The notes: generated by a model from the letters alone, not told the origin. DNA of 64,000 bases from Polyangiaceae bacterium (GCA_035063585.1 JAPSGB010000005.1:32001-96000); one strand, 5' to 3'; shown: positions 31,836 to 41,633, numbered from the stretch's first letter. Translations and numbers: made by a program.

Positions 31836-34403
31836 TCAGAAGAAATTGCCGATGGTGAACTCGAACACGCTGCTCTCCTCGTAAGGGAGCGGCTTGAACG
31901 GGAAGCCCCACTCGAAACGGAGCGGGCCGAGCGGCGAGAACCAGCGGAGCCCAAAACCCCAGGAGGTCCGGAGATCCTCCAGGCTGGAGAAATCGAAGCA
32001 CGGGCTGGTGACCGCGTAGGTTGCTCCTCCGCCTGCCGCCGAGCAGTAGTTCTGCTCGAGGTTCCAGGCGTTGCCCGCGTCAGTGAAGAAGACCCCGCGG
32101 ATCCCGACCTTGTCGAGGATCGGGAACTCGAGCTCGAGGTTCTGGTAGTACATGAGGTTACCGCCGATGTTGGCGCCGTCGAGGATGGGCGCGCTGTTCG
32201 GATCGGTGGTCCCCGTGAGCGGCATGCGCGGCCCGATGGTGCGGAAGCGGTACCCGCGCACGTCGAGGATGCCTCCGAGGAAGAAGCGCGCGAAGATCGG
32301 CACGCCCTCGCTGTTCGGGCTGGTGACGACGCCGGCTTCGGTGTTGAGCTTGGCGACGAAGCCCGCGCCGAGCGGGTAGTAGAAGCGCCCCGTGAAGCGG
32401 TGACGGAGAAACTCGTTCTCCGACGCGAACACCGTGCTCGCGAGCTCGCTCGAGCCGCGCAGGTAGATGCCGCTGGTCGGGAAGAGCCGGTTGTCTCGGG
32501 TATCGTAGGTGAGAGCCGGCCGGACGCTGGAGGTGACGCCGTCGTTGAACAGGTTGGCGAGCGGTAGCCGCGTGAACACGCTGACCGCGCTCGAGGTGCC
32601 GAGGAAGGTCGAGGTGGTCTGGGTCGAGACCTTGTCGAGCTCGGCGGTGTAGGTTACCGACGCCACCAGCTCCGGGCTGATGAGCGGGTAGCCGAAGGTG
32701 AGTGCTCCACCCAGGCTCGACTGCGAGAAGTCGTTGTAGATGCGGAGCTGGTCGAACAAATCGACGCTCATGCTGAACTCGCTGTCGAGGAAGTACGGTT
32801 CGAAGAAGCGCACGTCCACCAGCTGCCGGAGCCCGCTCACCTGCGCCTGGAGGCTCAGGCTCTGGCCGTTACCGAACAGGTTTGCCTGCTGCACCTGCGC
32901 GGTGGCGATGAAGTTCTCGATGCTGGAGAAACCAGCGCCGACTTGGAAGGTGCCGGTCGGGCGCTCGGTGACCTCGACGTAGAGGTTCATTCGATCCGGC
33001 GCCGAGCCCTCCTCGGTCCCGATGTCGACACGCTCGAAGTAGCCGAGCGCAGTGATACGGCGGCGCGATTTCTCGAGCAGCGTCTTGTTGAAGGGGTCCC
33101 CCTCCGCGATCTCCATCTCGCGACGGATCACCTTGTCACGGGTCTTGCTGTTGCCGCGCACCTCGATGCGCTCGAAGTGCACCAGCGGCCCGCGTGCGAC
33201 GGGGACCACGATGTCGACCTCGGCGGTCTCCGGGTTCAGACGCGTCTCGGGGTTGGCGTCGACGTTGGCGAACCCGTGGTCTTGATAGAGCGTCTTCACG
33301 GCTTCGAGGTCCTCGAGGAGCTCGGCGCGATTGAAGTAGTCCCCGCTCCTCGCGCGCACCATGTTGCGGAGGTTCCGCCGTCCGTCGATGGGCTCCACCT
33401 CCTCGCCGCTCGCCCCACGCTCGAATATGCGAAGCTGACGGATCTTGTAGCGCGGGCCCTCGTCGATGGTGATGGTGATCTCGATGCCGTTCTTGTCGGG
33501 CGTGAGCATCACCCGCGGCGTCATGATCTGGACCGACAAGAAACCCCGATCGTAATAGAGCGCGCTCAACATCGCGATGTCGCGCTCGAAGGCGTCTTGA
33601 CGGAACGGCCCGCCGGAACCGAAGGCGAAGAAGCCCGCGTTACCGGTGAACATGATCTCCCGGAGCTCGTCAGAGGATACGTGTTGGTTGCCGATGAAGG
33701 TGACGCGCCGGACGCTCACCTGGCTGTGCTCGGTGATCTTGAACCTTACCGCGACCTCGTTGTTCTTCCGCGCGATGACCTCGCTCTTTACCTCCGCGAG
33801 GAAATAACCCTTCTCCGCGTACATATCGCGGATCTTCTGCACGCTCCGGCGCACCGCCGGATAGGAAAGCACGGTGTTGGTCTTCGACTCGATGCCCCCC
33901 GAGAGATCTTCGGTGTCGATGGAGCCGTTGCCCTCGAAGAGCACCTCGCTCACGTTGGGGCGCTCGCGCACGAGAAAGCGGAGCGCGACGCCTTCCTCGC
34001 GCTGCTCCAGATCGACCTCGATGTCATCGAAGAAGCCGCTGTTCCACAGCTCTCGTACGTCCTCCGAGAGGGCCTCTGGGGCGAACGCCTGTCCGACCCG
34101 CTCGCGCAGGTAGGTGAGGACATCATCCTTGGCGACGCGGCGGTTCCCTGCGACGTCGATGTCGACGATGGGGAGCCCGCGCGCCTTCTCGGCCTCGGAC
34201 TTCGGCACCTCCGCCGCGCTCGGAGGCGTGGCCGGGAGCGGCTGGGCGTGCTCGCTCCCGGGGCCCGCCGGCGCGGTTGGCTCGTCGCCCGCGGGCGGCG
34301 CGTCGGCGCGCGGCTGCGCGGCGCCGGTCAGCGCGACGAGCAGGCTCGCGACGAGCGCCAGCCAGCGCGGAAGGCGACGAGCGGCTGGAAGGGCGGCGAG
34401 CAT
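31836..34403 (-). CDS. bamA: Outer membrane protein assembly factor BamA
   Basis: POTRA repeats (GNxKTRDKVIRRE), NLFGNGQ, VRGY, SPLGPLRF, C-terminal FTIGNFF. Confidence 0.96.
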   Translation of the reverse strand: MLAALPAARRLPRWLALVASLLVALTGAAQPRADAPPAGDEPTAPAGPGSEHAQPLPATPPSAAEVPKSEAEKARGLPIVDIDVAGNRRVAKDDVLTYLRERVGQAFAPEALSEDVRELWNSGFFDDIEVDLEQREEGVALRFLVRERPNVSEVLFEGNGSIDTEDLSGGIESKTNTVLSYPAVRRSVQKIRDMYAEKGYFLAEVKSEVIARKNNEVAVRFKITEHSQVSVRRVTFIGNQHVSSDELREIMFTGNAGFFAFGSGGPFRQDAFERDIAMLSALYYDRGFLSVQIMTPRVMLTPDKNGIEITITIDEGPRYKIRQLRIFERGASGEEVEPIDGRRNLRNMVRARSGDYFNRAELLEDLEAVKTLYQDHGFANVDANPETRLNPETAEVDIVVPVARGPLVHFERIEVRGNSKTRDKVIRREMEIAEGDPFNKTLLEKSRRRITALGYFERVDIGTEEGSAPDRMNLYVEVTERPTGTFQVGAGFSSIENFIATAQVQQANLFGNGQSLSLQAQVSGLRQLVDVRFFEPYFLDSEFSMSVDLFDQLRIYNDFSQSSLGGALTFGYPLISPELVASVTYTAELDKVSTQTTSTFLGTSSAVSVFTRLPLANLFNDGVTSSVRPALTYDTRDNRLFPTSGIYLRGSSELASTVFASENEFLRHRFTGRFYYPLGAGFVAKLNTEAGVVTSPNSEGVPIFARFFLGGILDVRGYRFRTIGPRMPLTGTTDPNSAPILDGANIGGNLMYYQNLELEFPILDKVGIRGVFFTDAGNAWNLEQNYCSAAGGGATYAVTSPCFDFSSLEDLRTSWGFGLRWFSPLGPLRFEWGFPFKPLPYEESSVFEFTIGNFF

Positions 34404-34670
34404 CGAGGGAAGGAGCGGCTGGGCGGACCGGAAGAATCCAGCGGCGCGGGCCTGCGTACCACATCCCGCCCGACGATGGCTCGCAGAATGCTGCTGGCCC
34501 CGCCGCCGGCCACGCCGCGCAAGCCAAGGAAACTACGCCGGTTTATCTCGGAGGGACGGGGTGAGGTGGGCGGTCCGCCGAGGGCAGAGGGGGCGGCCCC
34601 GGCGCGGGGCCGCTCGGGAGCGGTGATTCGGCGCGACCGGGCCGGGCCGCGGCTCGTGCCCGGCGCTCGC

Positions 34671-36068
34671 TCAGCGGTAATCCTCGACGTCGATCCCGTA
34701 CCGCTTCATCCAGCGGTGGATCTGCATGCGCGCCTTGCCGAGCTCGCGGCCCACCGCCGCGACGTTGCCGGAGTGCGCGTCGAGGAGCGCCTGGAGCTCT
34801 TCGCGCGAAGGCGGCCCTCCGGGCGCGCCGGCGGGGCTCCGCGCGCTCGCGGCCGGCTCGGGGCGCGCGGGCGCGCTCGCCTGGCCGTACTCGCTCATCT
34901 CCGCGCGCACCGGATCCGGCAGCAGCTCGACGTCGAGGAGGGGGCCGTTCGCGAGCGCGAGCGCCCGCTTGATGCAGGCCTCGAGCTCCCGCACGTTGTA
35001 GGGCCAGTCGTAGTGGAGGAGCCCGGTCATGAACGGAAAGGAGAGGCCGAGCTCGGGCCGCCCGTGCCGGGCGAGGAACGCGCGCGCGAGCATGAAGACG
35101 TCCTCCTTCCGCTCTCGGAGCGGAGGCAGCCGGAGCTGATACTCGTTGAGGCGCGCGAACAGATCCTCGCGGAACGTGCCGGCCTTCTGCAGCCTCCAGA
35201 GATCGCGGTGTGTCGCGCACACCACGCGCACGTCGACTCGCTCGGGCTGGGTGGCGCCGAGCGGAAAGACCTCCTTGCTCTGCAAGACGCGGAGGAGCTT
35301 CGCCTGCGCCTCGAGCGGCATGTCGCCGATCTCGTCGAGCAGGAGCGTCCCCTCGTGCGCGGTGCGGATGAGCCCCGGCTTGTCGCGCTCCGCGCCCGAG
35401 AAGGCGCCGCGCTTGTAGCCGAAGAGCTCGCTCTCGATGAGGTTCGCCGGGATCGCGGCGCAGTTTACCGCGGCGAAATGCCCGCGCCGCCCGCTCTTCC
35501 GATGGAGCTCGCTGGCGACCACCTCCTTGCCGGTACCGCTCTCACCGAGCAGCATGACGGTGAGGGCGGTCGGCGCGATGCGTTCGAGATCGGCGGCGAT
35601 GCTATCCATCGTGGAGCCGCCGACCAGCGCGCTACCGGTCGCCCGGCGCGTCGCATCGCCGAGCATGGCGCCGTCGATGCGGTAGCTCGCGTACTCGTCG
35701 ATGTGGCGATCGACGAACTTCAGGATCGCGTCGCCGACGCGAAGCTCGCTGGTCGGCTCGAGCTCGCACTCGTGCACCGGGTGGCCGTCGACCAGGGTCC
35801 CATTGCGGCTGCCCAGGTCGCGCACCAGCCAGCGACCCTGCGAGAGCACGAGCTCAGCGTGGGTCCGGCTCACCGCCTTCACCGGGAGCGGGAGCGTCGC
35901 GCTCTCGTCACGGCCGATGACCACGCGGGGCGAGGTGAGCGGCCACGCGGCGGGCAGGGCGCCGTACTCCTCGGCGTAGAGCAGCACGAGGCCGGCGTGC
36001 GAGCCCGCGCCCTCCCGCCCGGGGCCGTCCCCGAACTGCTGCATGGCTCCGGTGGTCTTGTCCGACAT
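34671..36068 (-). CDS. FHA-domain sigma54-dependent enhancer-binding protein
   Basis: FHA (IGR, VSRTHA, DLGSRNGT), GESGTGKE, ESELFG..GAFSGA, LLLDEIG, WPYNVREL, Fis-type HTH. Confidence 0.93.
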   Translation of the reverse strand: MSDKTTGAMQQFGDGPGREGAGSHAGLVLLYAEEYGALPAAWPLTSPRVVIGRDESATLPLPVKAVSRTHAELVLSQGRWLVRDLGSRNGTLVDGHPVHECELEPTSELRVGDAILKFVDRHIDEYASYRIDGAMLGDATRRATGSALVGGSTMDSIAADLERIAPTALTVMLLGESGTGKEVVASELHRKSGRRGHFAAVNCAAIPANLIESELFGYKRGAFSGAERDKPGLIRTAHEGTLLLDEIGDMPLEAQAKLLRVLQSKEVFPLGATQPERVDVRVVCATHRDLWRLQKAGTFREDLFARLNEYQLRLPPLRERKEDVFMLARAFLARHGRPELGLSFPFMTGLLHYDWPYNVRELEACIKRALALANGPLLDVELLPDPVRAEMSEYGQASAPARPEPAASARSPAGAPGGPPSREELQALLDAHSGNVAAVGRELGKARMQIHRWMKRYGIDVEDYR

Positions 36069-36211
36069 CGAGGCTCTCGACCAGCGTACCGAGGGCGCTC
36101 GCACGAAGCCAGAGGCCACGGCGCGTTTCCTCGCCTTCGGCGCTATGCTCCGGGCTCGTGGAGCGGCTCTCGGCGCGCGAGCCCCGAGCGCTCCCATGAC
36201 AGGAGCCGTCG

Positions 36212-37033
36212 ATGAGCGAGAGCGTGATCCGCGTGGCCGCCGCGCAGATGAACTGTCAGGACGACGTAGCCGCGAACCTCGGCGTCGCGTCGGAGCTGGT
36301 GAGTGAGGCCGCGCGCCGCGGCGCAAGGCTCGTGCTCCTGCCGGAGAATTTCGCCTTCCTCGGGCCCGAGCCGGAGCGGCGCGCGCTCGCCGAGCGGCTC
36401 GGCGACGAGCGCGCCCCCATTCAGGAGGCGCTCGCTCGGATGGCGCGGAGCGCTCGGCTCACCGTGATCGCGGGCGGGTTTCCCGAGCGGAGCGATGACC
36501 CCGAGCGCCCTTACAACACCTGTCTCGTGCTCGGTCCGGACGGCGAGCGCGTCGCCGCGTACCGTAAGATCCACCTCTTCGACGTCGCGCTCCCCGACGG
36601 CACCAAGTTCGAGGAGTCCTCTGCCACGAGCCCGGGCAGTAAGCCGGTGGTCGCCGACGTGGGTGGCTTCAAGGTCGGGCTGAGCATCTGTTACGATCTG
36701 CGCTTCCCTGAGCTCTACCGTAGTCTGGTGGATGGCGGCGCGGAGCTCCTGGTGGTCCCCGCGGCGTTCACCCTCACCACCGGCAAGGACCACTGGCACG
36801 TGCTGCTCCGCGCGCGCGCCATCGAGTCACAGTGCTGGGTGATCGCCGCGGCGCAGTGGGGGCGCCATCCGCGCGGGCGCGCCAGTTACGGGCATGCGCT
36901 CATCGCAGATCCGTGGGGACAGATCGTCGCCGAGTGCTCGGACCGCGTGGGGCTCGTGGTGGCCGACCTCGATCGCGACTACCTCGACCGCGTCCGCGCG
37001 AGCCTCCCGAGCCTCGCGCACCGCGTGCTCTGA
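36212..37033 (+). CDS. Carbon-nitrogen hydrolase (Nit1 / deaminated glutathione amidase-like)
   Basis: LPE, YRKIHLFD, ICYDLRFPE triad motifs; HWHVLLRARAIE. Confidence 0.92.
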   Translation: MSESVIRVAAAQMNCQDDVAANLGVASELVSEAARRGARLVLLPENFAFLGPEPERRALAERLGDERAPIQEALARMARSARLTVIAGGFPERSDDPERPYNTCLVLGPDGERVAAYRKIHLFDVALPDGTKFEESSATSPGSKPVVADVGGFKVGLSICYDLRFPELYRSLVDGGAELLVVPAAFTLTTGKDHWHVLLRARAIESQCWVIAAAQWGRHPRGRASYGHALIADPWGQIVAECSDRVGLVVADLDRDYLDRVRASLPSLAHRVL

Positions 37034-37100
37034 CGCGGCGCCGCCCGCTCGTCGCACGGAAGGGGATGGCGGCCCGGCGCGGAACCGCGCGCCGCGAGCG

Positions 37101-38096
37101 TCAGAGGTGACGGCGCGCGATCTCGGTCCAGGTCCCCGCCGGCTCGAGGTGGATGTAGCTCTTCCAGAAGGGGCGCGCCTTCTGGGGCTCGCCCACCTGC
37201 TCATAGGCCATGGCCAGGTTGAAGTACGCGTCCGAGAACTTCGGATCCGCCTCGATGGCACCGTGGAAGAGCGGGATGGCGACGTCCGGCTTCCCCCGCT
37301 CGAGCATCACGTAGCCGAGGTTATACTGAGCCTCCGGCTGGTGCGTGTCGATCTCGAGCGCCTTCTGGTAGAGCGCCTCGGCTCCCTCGACGTCATGACG
37401 TCGAAAGCGGATGTTGCCGATGTTCGTGTAGGCGATGGCGAGCCACGGGTCGAGCGCCACCGCGCGCCGATAGAGCTGCTCGGCCTCGTCCATGGTGGCG
37501 GGCTCTTCGTCGAGCGCGCTCGCCTGGAGATAGAGCTCGTACGCCGTGCGCGCGCGCTCGCGGCCGGCCGACGGCCTGAGCACCCGCACCACGTCGTCAC
37601 GGAGCGTCTTCACGTCGAAATCGAGCACGAGCTGGCCGGTCAGCGGCTCGTAGGCGTTCCCGTGGCCCTGCACCACGACCCGCTGGCCATCTGACACCAC
37701 GCGGAGCTCGACCAGCGGGCGCGTCACCTTTGGCAGCGAGCTCTTCAGCCTCGACACCGCGCGCGTCACGTCACGGAGCCGGATCTGCTGATCGAGGAGC
37801 GATTTCGCGGTGCGGAGCGCGATGAGATCGCTGAACGTGTACGCGCGCCGCCCCCGCCGGCGGCCGGTCGGCGAGACCACTCCGGCGCGGTCGAGCGTGC
37901 GCAGTCGCGTCGGGGTGATGTGGAGCAAGCGCGCGATCTCGTTGCGAGTGAACAGATCGGTGAGCGGCTCGCGCGTGGACGGCGCGTCCGCCTCGGCGTC
38001 CTTCGCGAGCGTCGCCGCCTCGTCTTGGATTCGTCCGCCGCCGGGTCCAAAAACGACGCGGATGATCTTCTCGTCGCGGTGCTTCTTGCGACTCAT
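37101..38096 (-). CDS. MerR-type HTH plus TPR-repeat protein
   Basis: FTRNEIARLLHITPTRLRTLDRAGVVSP...YTFSDL (MerR HTH); TPR motifs AYTNIG, AQYNLG, AYFNLA. Confidence 0.85.
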   Translation of the reverse strand: MSRKKHRDEKIIRVVFGPGGGRIQDEAATLAKDAEADAPSTREPLTDLFTRNEIARLLHITPTRLRTLDRAGVVSPTGRRRGRRAYTFSDLIALRTAKSLLDQQIRLRDVTRAVSRLKSSLPKVTRPLVELRVVSDGQRVVVQGHGNAYEPLTGQLVLDFDVKTLRDDVVRVLRPSAGRERARTAYELYLQASALDEEPATMDEAEQLYRRAVALDPWLAIAYTNIGNIRFRRHDVEGAEALYQKALEIDTHQPEAQYNLGYVMLERGKPDVAIPLFHGAIEADPKFSDAYFNLAMAYEQVGEPQKARPFWKSYIHLEPAGTWTEIARRHL

Positions 38097-38287
38097 TGCT
38101 CTCGGCGCTGCCACACGAACACGGGTCTCGTTTCCTTCCTCGACCGTTTCTTCCGCACACGCGCCGCTGTCAAGCGTCCCGCGACCAGTTCGCGCGCTAC
38201 GCGCTGGTTTGACGCGATCTCCGCGCGCGCGGACCGCGCGCGGAGCGCAACCAAAACGGGGCTTGACGATCGAAGAAGTGGGAGTCG

Positions 38288-38740
38288 TCACGAGCGATGA
38301 CGTCGCGCGACCACGCGAGCGCGCGTGCGCGCTTGCACCTCGACGTCGATGCGGATGCCGCGCGACTCGGCGCGGACCGAGAGCTCGGCGTCGACTCGCC
38401 CGAGCGTGTCCTCGGATCGGACTTGCGCCTCGAGGCACGCCACGCGCACCGCGCGGAGCCGGACGTGAGGATCGACGACGAGGAGACGCTGGAGGAGCGC
38501 GACCTGATCGTCGGGCACCGGACCGCCTCGTGAGCTCACCATGAAGAGGATGCTCGTCGAGCCGTAGTACACGCGGCCGTCGGCTTCGTCGCGAAGCGCG
38601 CCCTCGCTCATGACGTCGGCGTGCGCGAAGAGCTCGCGCCATCGATGGTCGGCGCCTTGTAGGAGCTCGACCGTGCGCGTGCGCACCCAGGGCGCGCTTC
38701 GAGTCTTCGCCAGGCCGGGGCGACGAGGCTTTGCGGGCAC
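38288..38740 (-). CDS. Hypothetical protein
   Basis: Globular-looking segment WRELFAHADV...YYGSTSILF...IRIDVEVQA; start uncertain. Confidence 0.55.
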   Translation of the reverse strand: MPAKPRRPGLAKTRSAPWVRTRTVELLQGADHRWRELFAHADVMSEGALRDEADGRVYYGSTSILFMVSSRGGPVPDDQVALLQRLLVVDPHVRLRAVRVACLEAQVRSEDTLGRVDAELSVRAESRGIRIDVEVQARTRARVVARRHRS

Positions 38741-38855
38741 CCGGAGATCGTAAGATGGTCGCGCGAGCCGGATGAACTATTCGGCCAGCGAGCCTCGACG
38801 GCCGTCTAGATTCTTGCCCGGCGCTCGCTGCTCTTGTCACGCTGAGCGGACCGCC

Positions 38856-39197
38856 ATGGCAGATGAGGTTTCCGAGTACGGTGGGCCGGAGCGTCGGCGC
38901 CATCGCGTATGCATCACCCGCAACACCGAGTATCACTTCCGCGACGGCGTCTGCGTCGCGGTCCGCGACCGCGCGACCGGGCGCTGGCTCGGCTCCCACC
39001 TCGCCCTCGAGCGTAAGGTGAGCAGCGGGGTGCGGTTTCTCGAGAACGGTGCGGCCGTGCCCTCGCTGGAGGGCCCGACCGTGGGCGAGGCCCTCTACTT
39101 CGGGGAGGGCGGCCAGGAGCTCGTCACGAGCTTGCTGACCTCGGTCGAGCGGCCGGAGCGGAGCGTGGTCGCCCGCTATGCCGGGCAGCGTCCCTGA
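38856..39197 (+). CDS. Hypothetical protein
   Basis: ERRRHRVCITRNTEYHFRDGVCVAVRDR; codon usage typical of the window. Confidence 0.65.
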   Translation: MADEVSEYGGPERRRHRVCITRNTEYHFRDGVCVAVRDRATGRWLGSHLALERKVSSGVRFLENGAAVPSLEGPTVGEALYFGEGGQELVTSLLTSVERPERSVVARYAGQRP

Positions 39198-39377
39198 GCT
39201 GGCCCGCGAAGTTGTTGAACCAGTTGGGCGCTCGGTGGCCGAGGTGCGGTCGCTACGCACCTGGCCGCGTACCGCGGTTCGCGCACGCTCGGCTCTTTCC
39301 TGCGGTAAACGGGGAATTCCGCGCGTATTCGGCGGGCGTGCGGCTCGGCATCCTTCTTGGATCAGGGGCCGCCGAAC

Positions 39378-39563
39378 ATGGCGCTCATCAGCGACACGAC
39401 TCCGAACCCCCGCGATCCGCGTGCTGTGGGGATCCTGGCGAAGAGCATCTACCGTGAGCTTCGCGCGACTGGCTTTAGCGAGCAGGACGTGCTGGCGCTC
39501 GCGGGCGAGCTGCTGTCTCTCGTGACGACCGACGTAAAGAGCGGCAGGGACCAGGTCGGCTGA
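39378..39563 (+). CDS. Small helical hypothetical protein (61 aa)
   Basis: Amphipathic helices ILAKSIYRELRATGFSEQDVLALAGELLSLVT; AGGGG RBS-like sequence upstream. Confidence 0.65.
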   Translation: MALISDTTPNPRDPRAVGILAKSIYRELRATGFSEQDVLALAGELLSLVTTDVKSGRDQVG

Positions 39564-39699
39564 CGCCCTCCATCGCGCGCGGACGGTGCGATGCCTCGAG
39601 TGGCGCCGCGCCGCCGGCCGCGCCGATGACAAATGGCATGGAAGCACCCGCTTCGCGGAGCGAGGGGGCCTGCCTGAACGCTGCAGCTGATGCAATCGG

Positions 39700-39729
39700 T
39701 TGACAGCGGTCGCCGACTTTCGCGAAAAT
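39700..39729 (+). promoter_or_regulatory. Candidate sigma70-type promoter for the FHA-ATPase gene
   Basis: TTGACA-18 bp-GAAAAT. Confidence 0.4.
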
Positions 39730-39775
39730 CCGGACCGAGTCGGAAGTGGTCTCGCCCCTGAAGCACAGCGACCTC

Positions 39776-41614
39776 GTGTTCACCGTCGTCATCAGCGAGA
39801 AGGGGGGGGCGGAGCGGCGCGAGGTCTTCGATCGGCCCGAGATCACCGTCGGGCGCGTACAGGGCAACGATCTCACGCTTCCGAAGGGCAACGTGTCCAA
39901 GCGGCACGCTCGCCTGCTGTTTCGGGACGGGCGGTTCATCGTCACCGACATGAACAGCACGAACGGAACGTACGTGAATCGCCGGCGAATTTCGCAGGCG
40001 ACCATCGTGCGGGAGGGCGACCGGATCTACGTCGGGGACTTCGTGCTCCGCATCGAGCTCCCGGACGGCGTCGAGGGAGCGGCGCCGGCGGACGTGTCCT
40101 CGGCGGGCATGGAGCCGGTGGAGGTTCCGCCGTCGTCCGTGCGGGCCGAGCCGCTCGTGTCGGCTCAGCCGGCGGAGAGCGACGTCGCGCCGGTGTTGCC
40201 CAAGGTGCCGGGGCCGCCGCGGATGCCCGCGGTCACACCGAGGGCCGAGTCCATCCCCGATGGGGTGGCCGTCACGCCGCTCCGGCACAGCCTCGACGAG
40301 CGCTCGCGAGCGACGGCCGACTCGCTCCAGGTAGCGACCCAGGACTCGCCGCGCCTCGGCGACGGCGCGCTGCGCGCGGCGGCGGTGCTGGTCTGTCAGC
40401 GCGTCGAGCGCTCGCTCGCGCCAGGGGCCCTCGACGACCCGAACCAGCGTGGCGCAGCCGAGGTGCGCCGGCTGGTCGACGAGCAGCTGCGCCAGCTTCG
40501 GAGCTCGGGGGAGGTGCCGCCCGAGCTCGACGACGCCCGCGTCGCGGCGGACGCGCTCGCCGAGCTCCTCGAGCTCGGGGTGCTCGGCCCGCTCCTCGGC
40601 GATCCCGAGGTGACGGCGGTCACTGTCGTCCGGCACGATCGCGTGAACGCGTCACGCTCCGGGCGCCAGATCGTCATCGAGCGAGCGTTCTCGTCCGAGG
40701 ACTCGCTCCGGCGCATCGTTGCCAGGCTCTGCCGGCGAGCAGGCGAGCCGCTCGACGAGCGCGAGACGGTGGTCGAGCGGGTCCTGTCTGACGGGGCGCG
40801 CATGAGCGCCGCGCTCGGGCCGAGCGGATCGGCGAGCGCCTTGCTCGCCATCCGGAGGCCGCGCCGTGCCTCGACGACGCTCGATGAGCTGGTGCGGAGC
40901 GGGACCATCTCCCGCGCGATCGCCACCTTCCTCCAGTACTGCGCGCAGGCGCGAGCGAACCTGCTCATCGTCGGGCCGCGCGATGCGGGCGTCGAGTCGC
41001 TCGCGAGCGCGCTCGCGGCGCTCACCACGGAGTCGCCCGTCATCGCGGTCGAGGAGGCCGGTGGGCTGGTGGCGCCCGCCGCGAACGTCAGCCTGCTCGC
41101 GGTTCGACCAGGCACCGACGCCGATCAGCTGTTGCGGGTGGCCGCGCGCGCGGACCAGGCGCGGCTCGTCGTCGAGCTTGCGAGCGGCGAGCTGGTCGCC
41201 GCGGTGACCGAGATCGTGGGCGATGGCGTCGACGGGCTCATCGCGGTCGCGCGTGCTCCGGGGCTCAGGCGCGCGACCGAGCGGATGACCGCCTCGCTGG
41301 TCGCGACGCGAGGCGGCCTCACCGCGGCCGCGGCTCGGCTGGCGGTCGCGGGGACCTTCGACGTGATCATCGAACTCTGCCGCCTGCGCGACGGACGTCA
41401 GCGCGTGCTGCGGGTCGCCGAGCCGCTCGGCGTCGAGGGGGACGAGCTACGCTTGCGAGACGTCTTCGCCTTCCAGATCGAGCGCACCGCGGCGGGCGGC
41501 GCCGTGGAGGGCAGCTTCGCCGCGCTCGGGGCGGTGCCGCGGTTCGTCGAGGAGATGGCCGCGCGCGGAGTCGTCGTCGAGACGTCGCTCTTCACGCGCC
41601 CCCCCTCGCGGTGA
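39776..41614 (+). CDS. FHA-domain plus TadA/CpaF-like secretion ATPase fold, degenerate Walker motifs
   Basis: FHA (VGR, NVSKRHA, STNGTYVN); LGVLGPLLGDPEVT, LSDGARM, NLLIVG, RLRDGRQRV resemble CpaF; Walker A position reads GPRDAGVES; GTG at 39746 is an alternative start. Confidence 0.8.
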   Translation: MFTVVISEKGGAERREVFDRPEITVGRVQGNDLTLPKGNVSKRHARLLFRDGRFIVTDMNSTNGTYVNRRRISQATIVREGDRIYVGDFVLRIELPDGVEGAAPADVSSAGMEPVEVPPSSVRAEPLVSAQPAESDVAPVLPKVPGPPRMPAVTPRAESIPDGVAVTPLRHSLDERSRATADSLQVATQDSPRLGDGALRAAAVLVCQRVERSLAPGALDDPNQRGAAEVRRLVDEQLRQLRSSGEVPPELDDARVAADALAELLELGVLGPLLGDPEVTAVTVVRHDRVNASRSGRQIVIERAFSSEDSLRRIVARLCRRAGEPLDERETVVERVLSDGARMSAALGPSGSASALLAIRRPRRASTTLDELVRSGTISRAIATFLQYCAQARANLLIVGPRDAGVESLASALAALTTESPVIAVEEAGGLVAPAANVSLLAVRPGTDADQLLRVAARADQARLVVELASGELVAAVTEIVGDGVDGLIAVARAPGLRRATERMTASLVATRGGLTAAAARLAVAGTFDVIIELCRLRDGRQRVLRVAEPLGVEGDELRLRDVFAFQIERTAAGGAVEGSFAALGAVPRFVEEMAARGVVVETSLFTRPPSR

Positions 41615-41633
41615 GCGGCGCGCTGGCTCGGGC

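Noticed and set aside
35390..35410. GAFSGA instead of GAFTGA in the sigma54 activator
   Set aside because: This is a known natural variant and not enough to claim loss of function.
32943..36215. 1090-aa plus-strand ORF, and similar long ORFs such as 14960-17101, 17091-19310 and 30705-32567
   Set aside because: They lie antisense to clear genes (bamA, the sigma54 activator, parC, gyrA), and long shadow frames are expected at this GC content.
39346..39361. Sigma54-like CGGCATCCTTCTTGGA before the 61-aa ORF
   Set aside because: It has several mismatches to consensus, and the implied start site would cut off the likely RBS.
37101..39695. Long N-terminal extensions in the ORF track (864-aa MerR-TPR, 1006-aa purF, 612-aa DUF192, 514-aa fabF, 507-aa ribD)
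   Set aside because: The extensions are low-complexity Arg/Pro/Ala reads that overlap other genes; family motifs begin at downstream starts, so these are not fusions.
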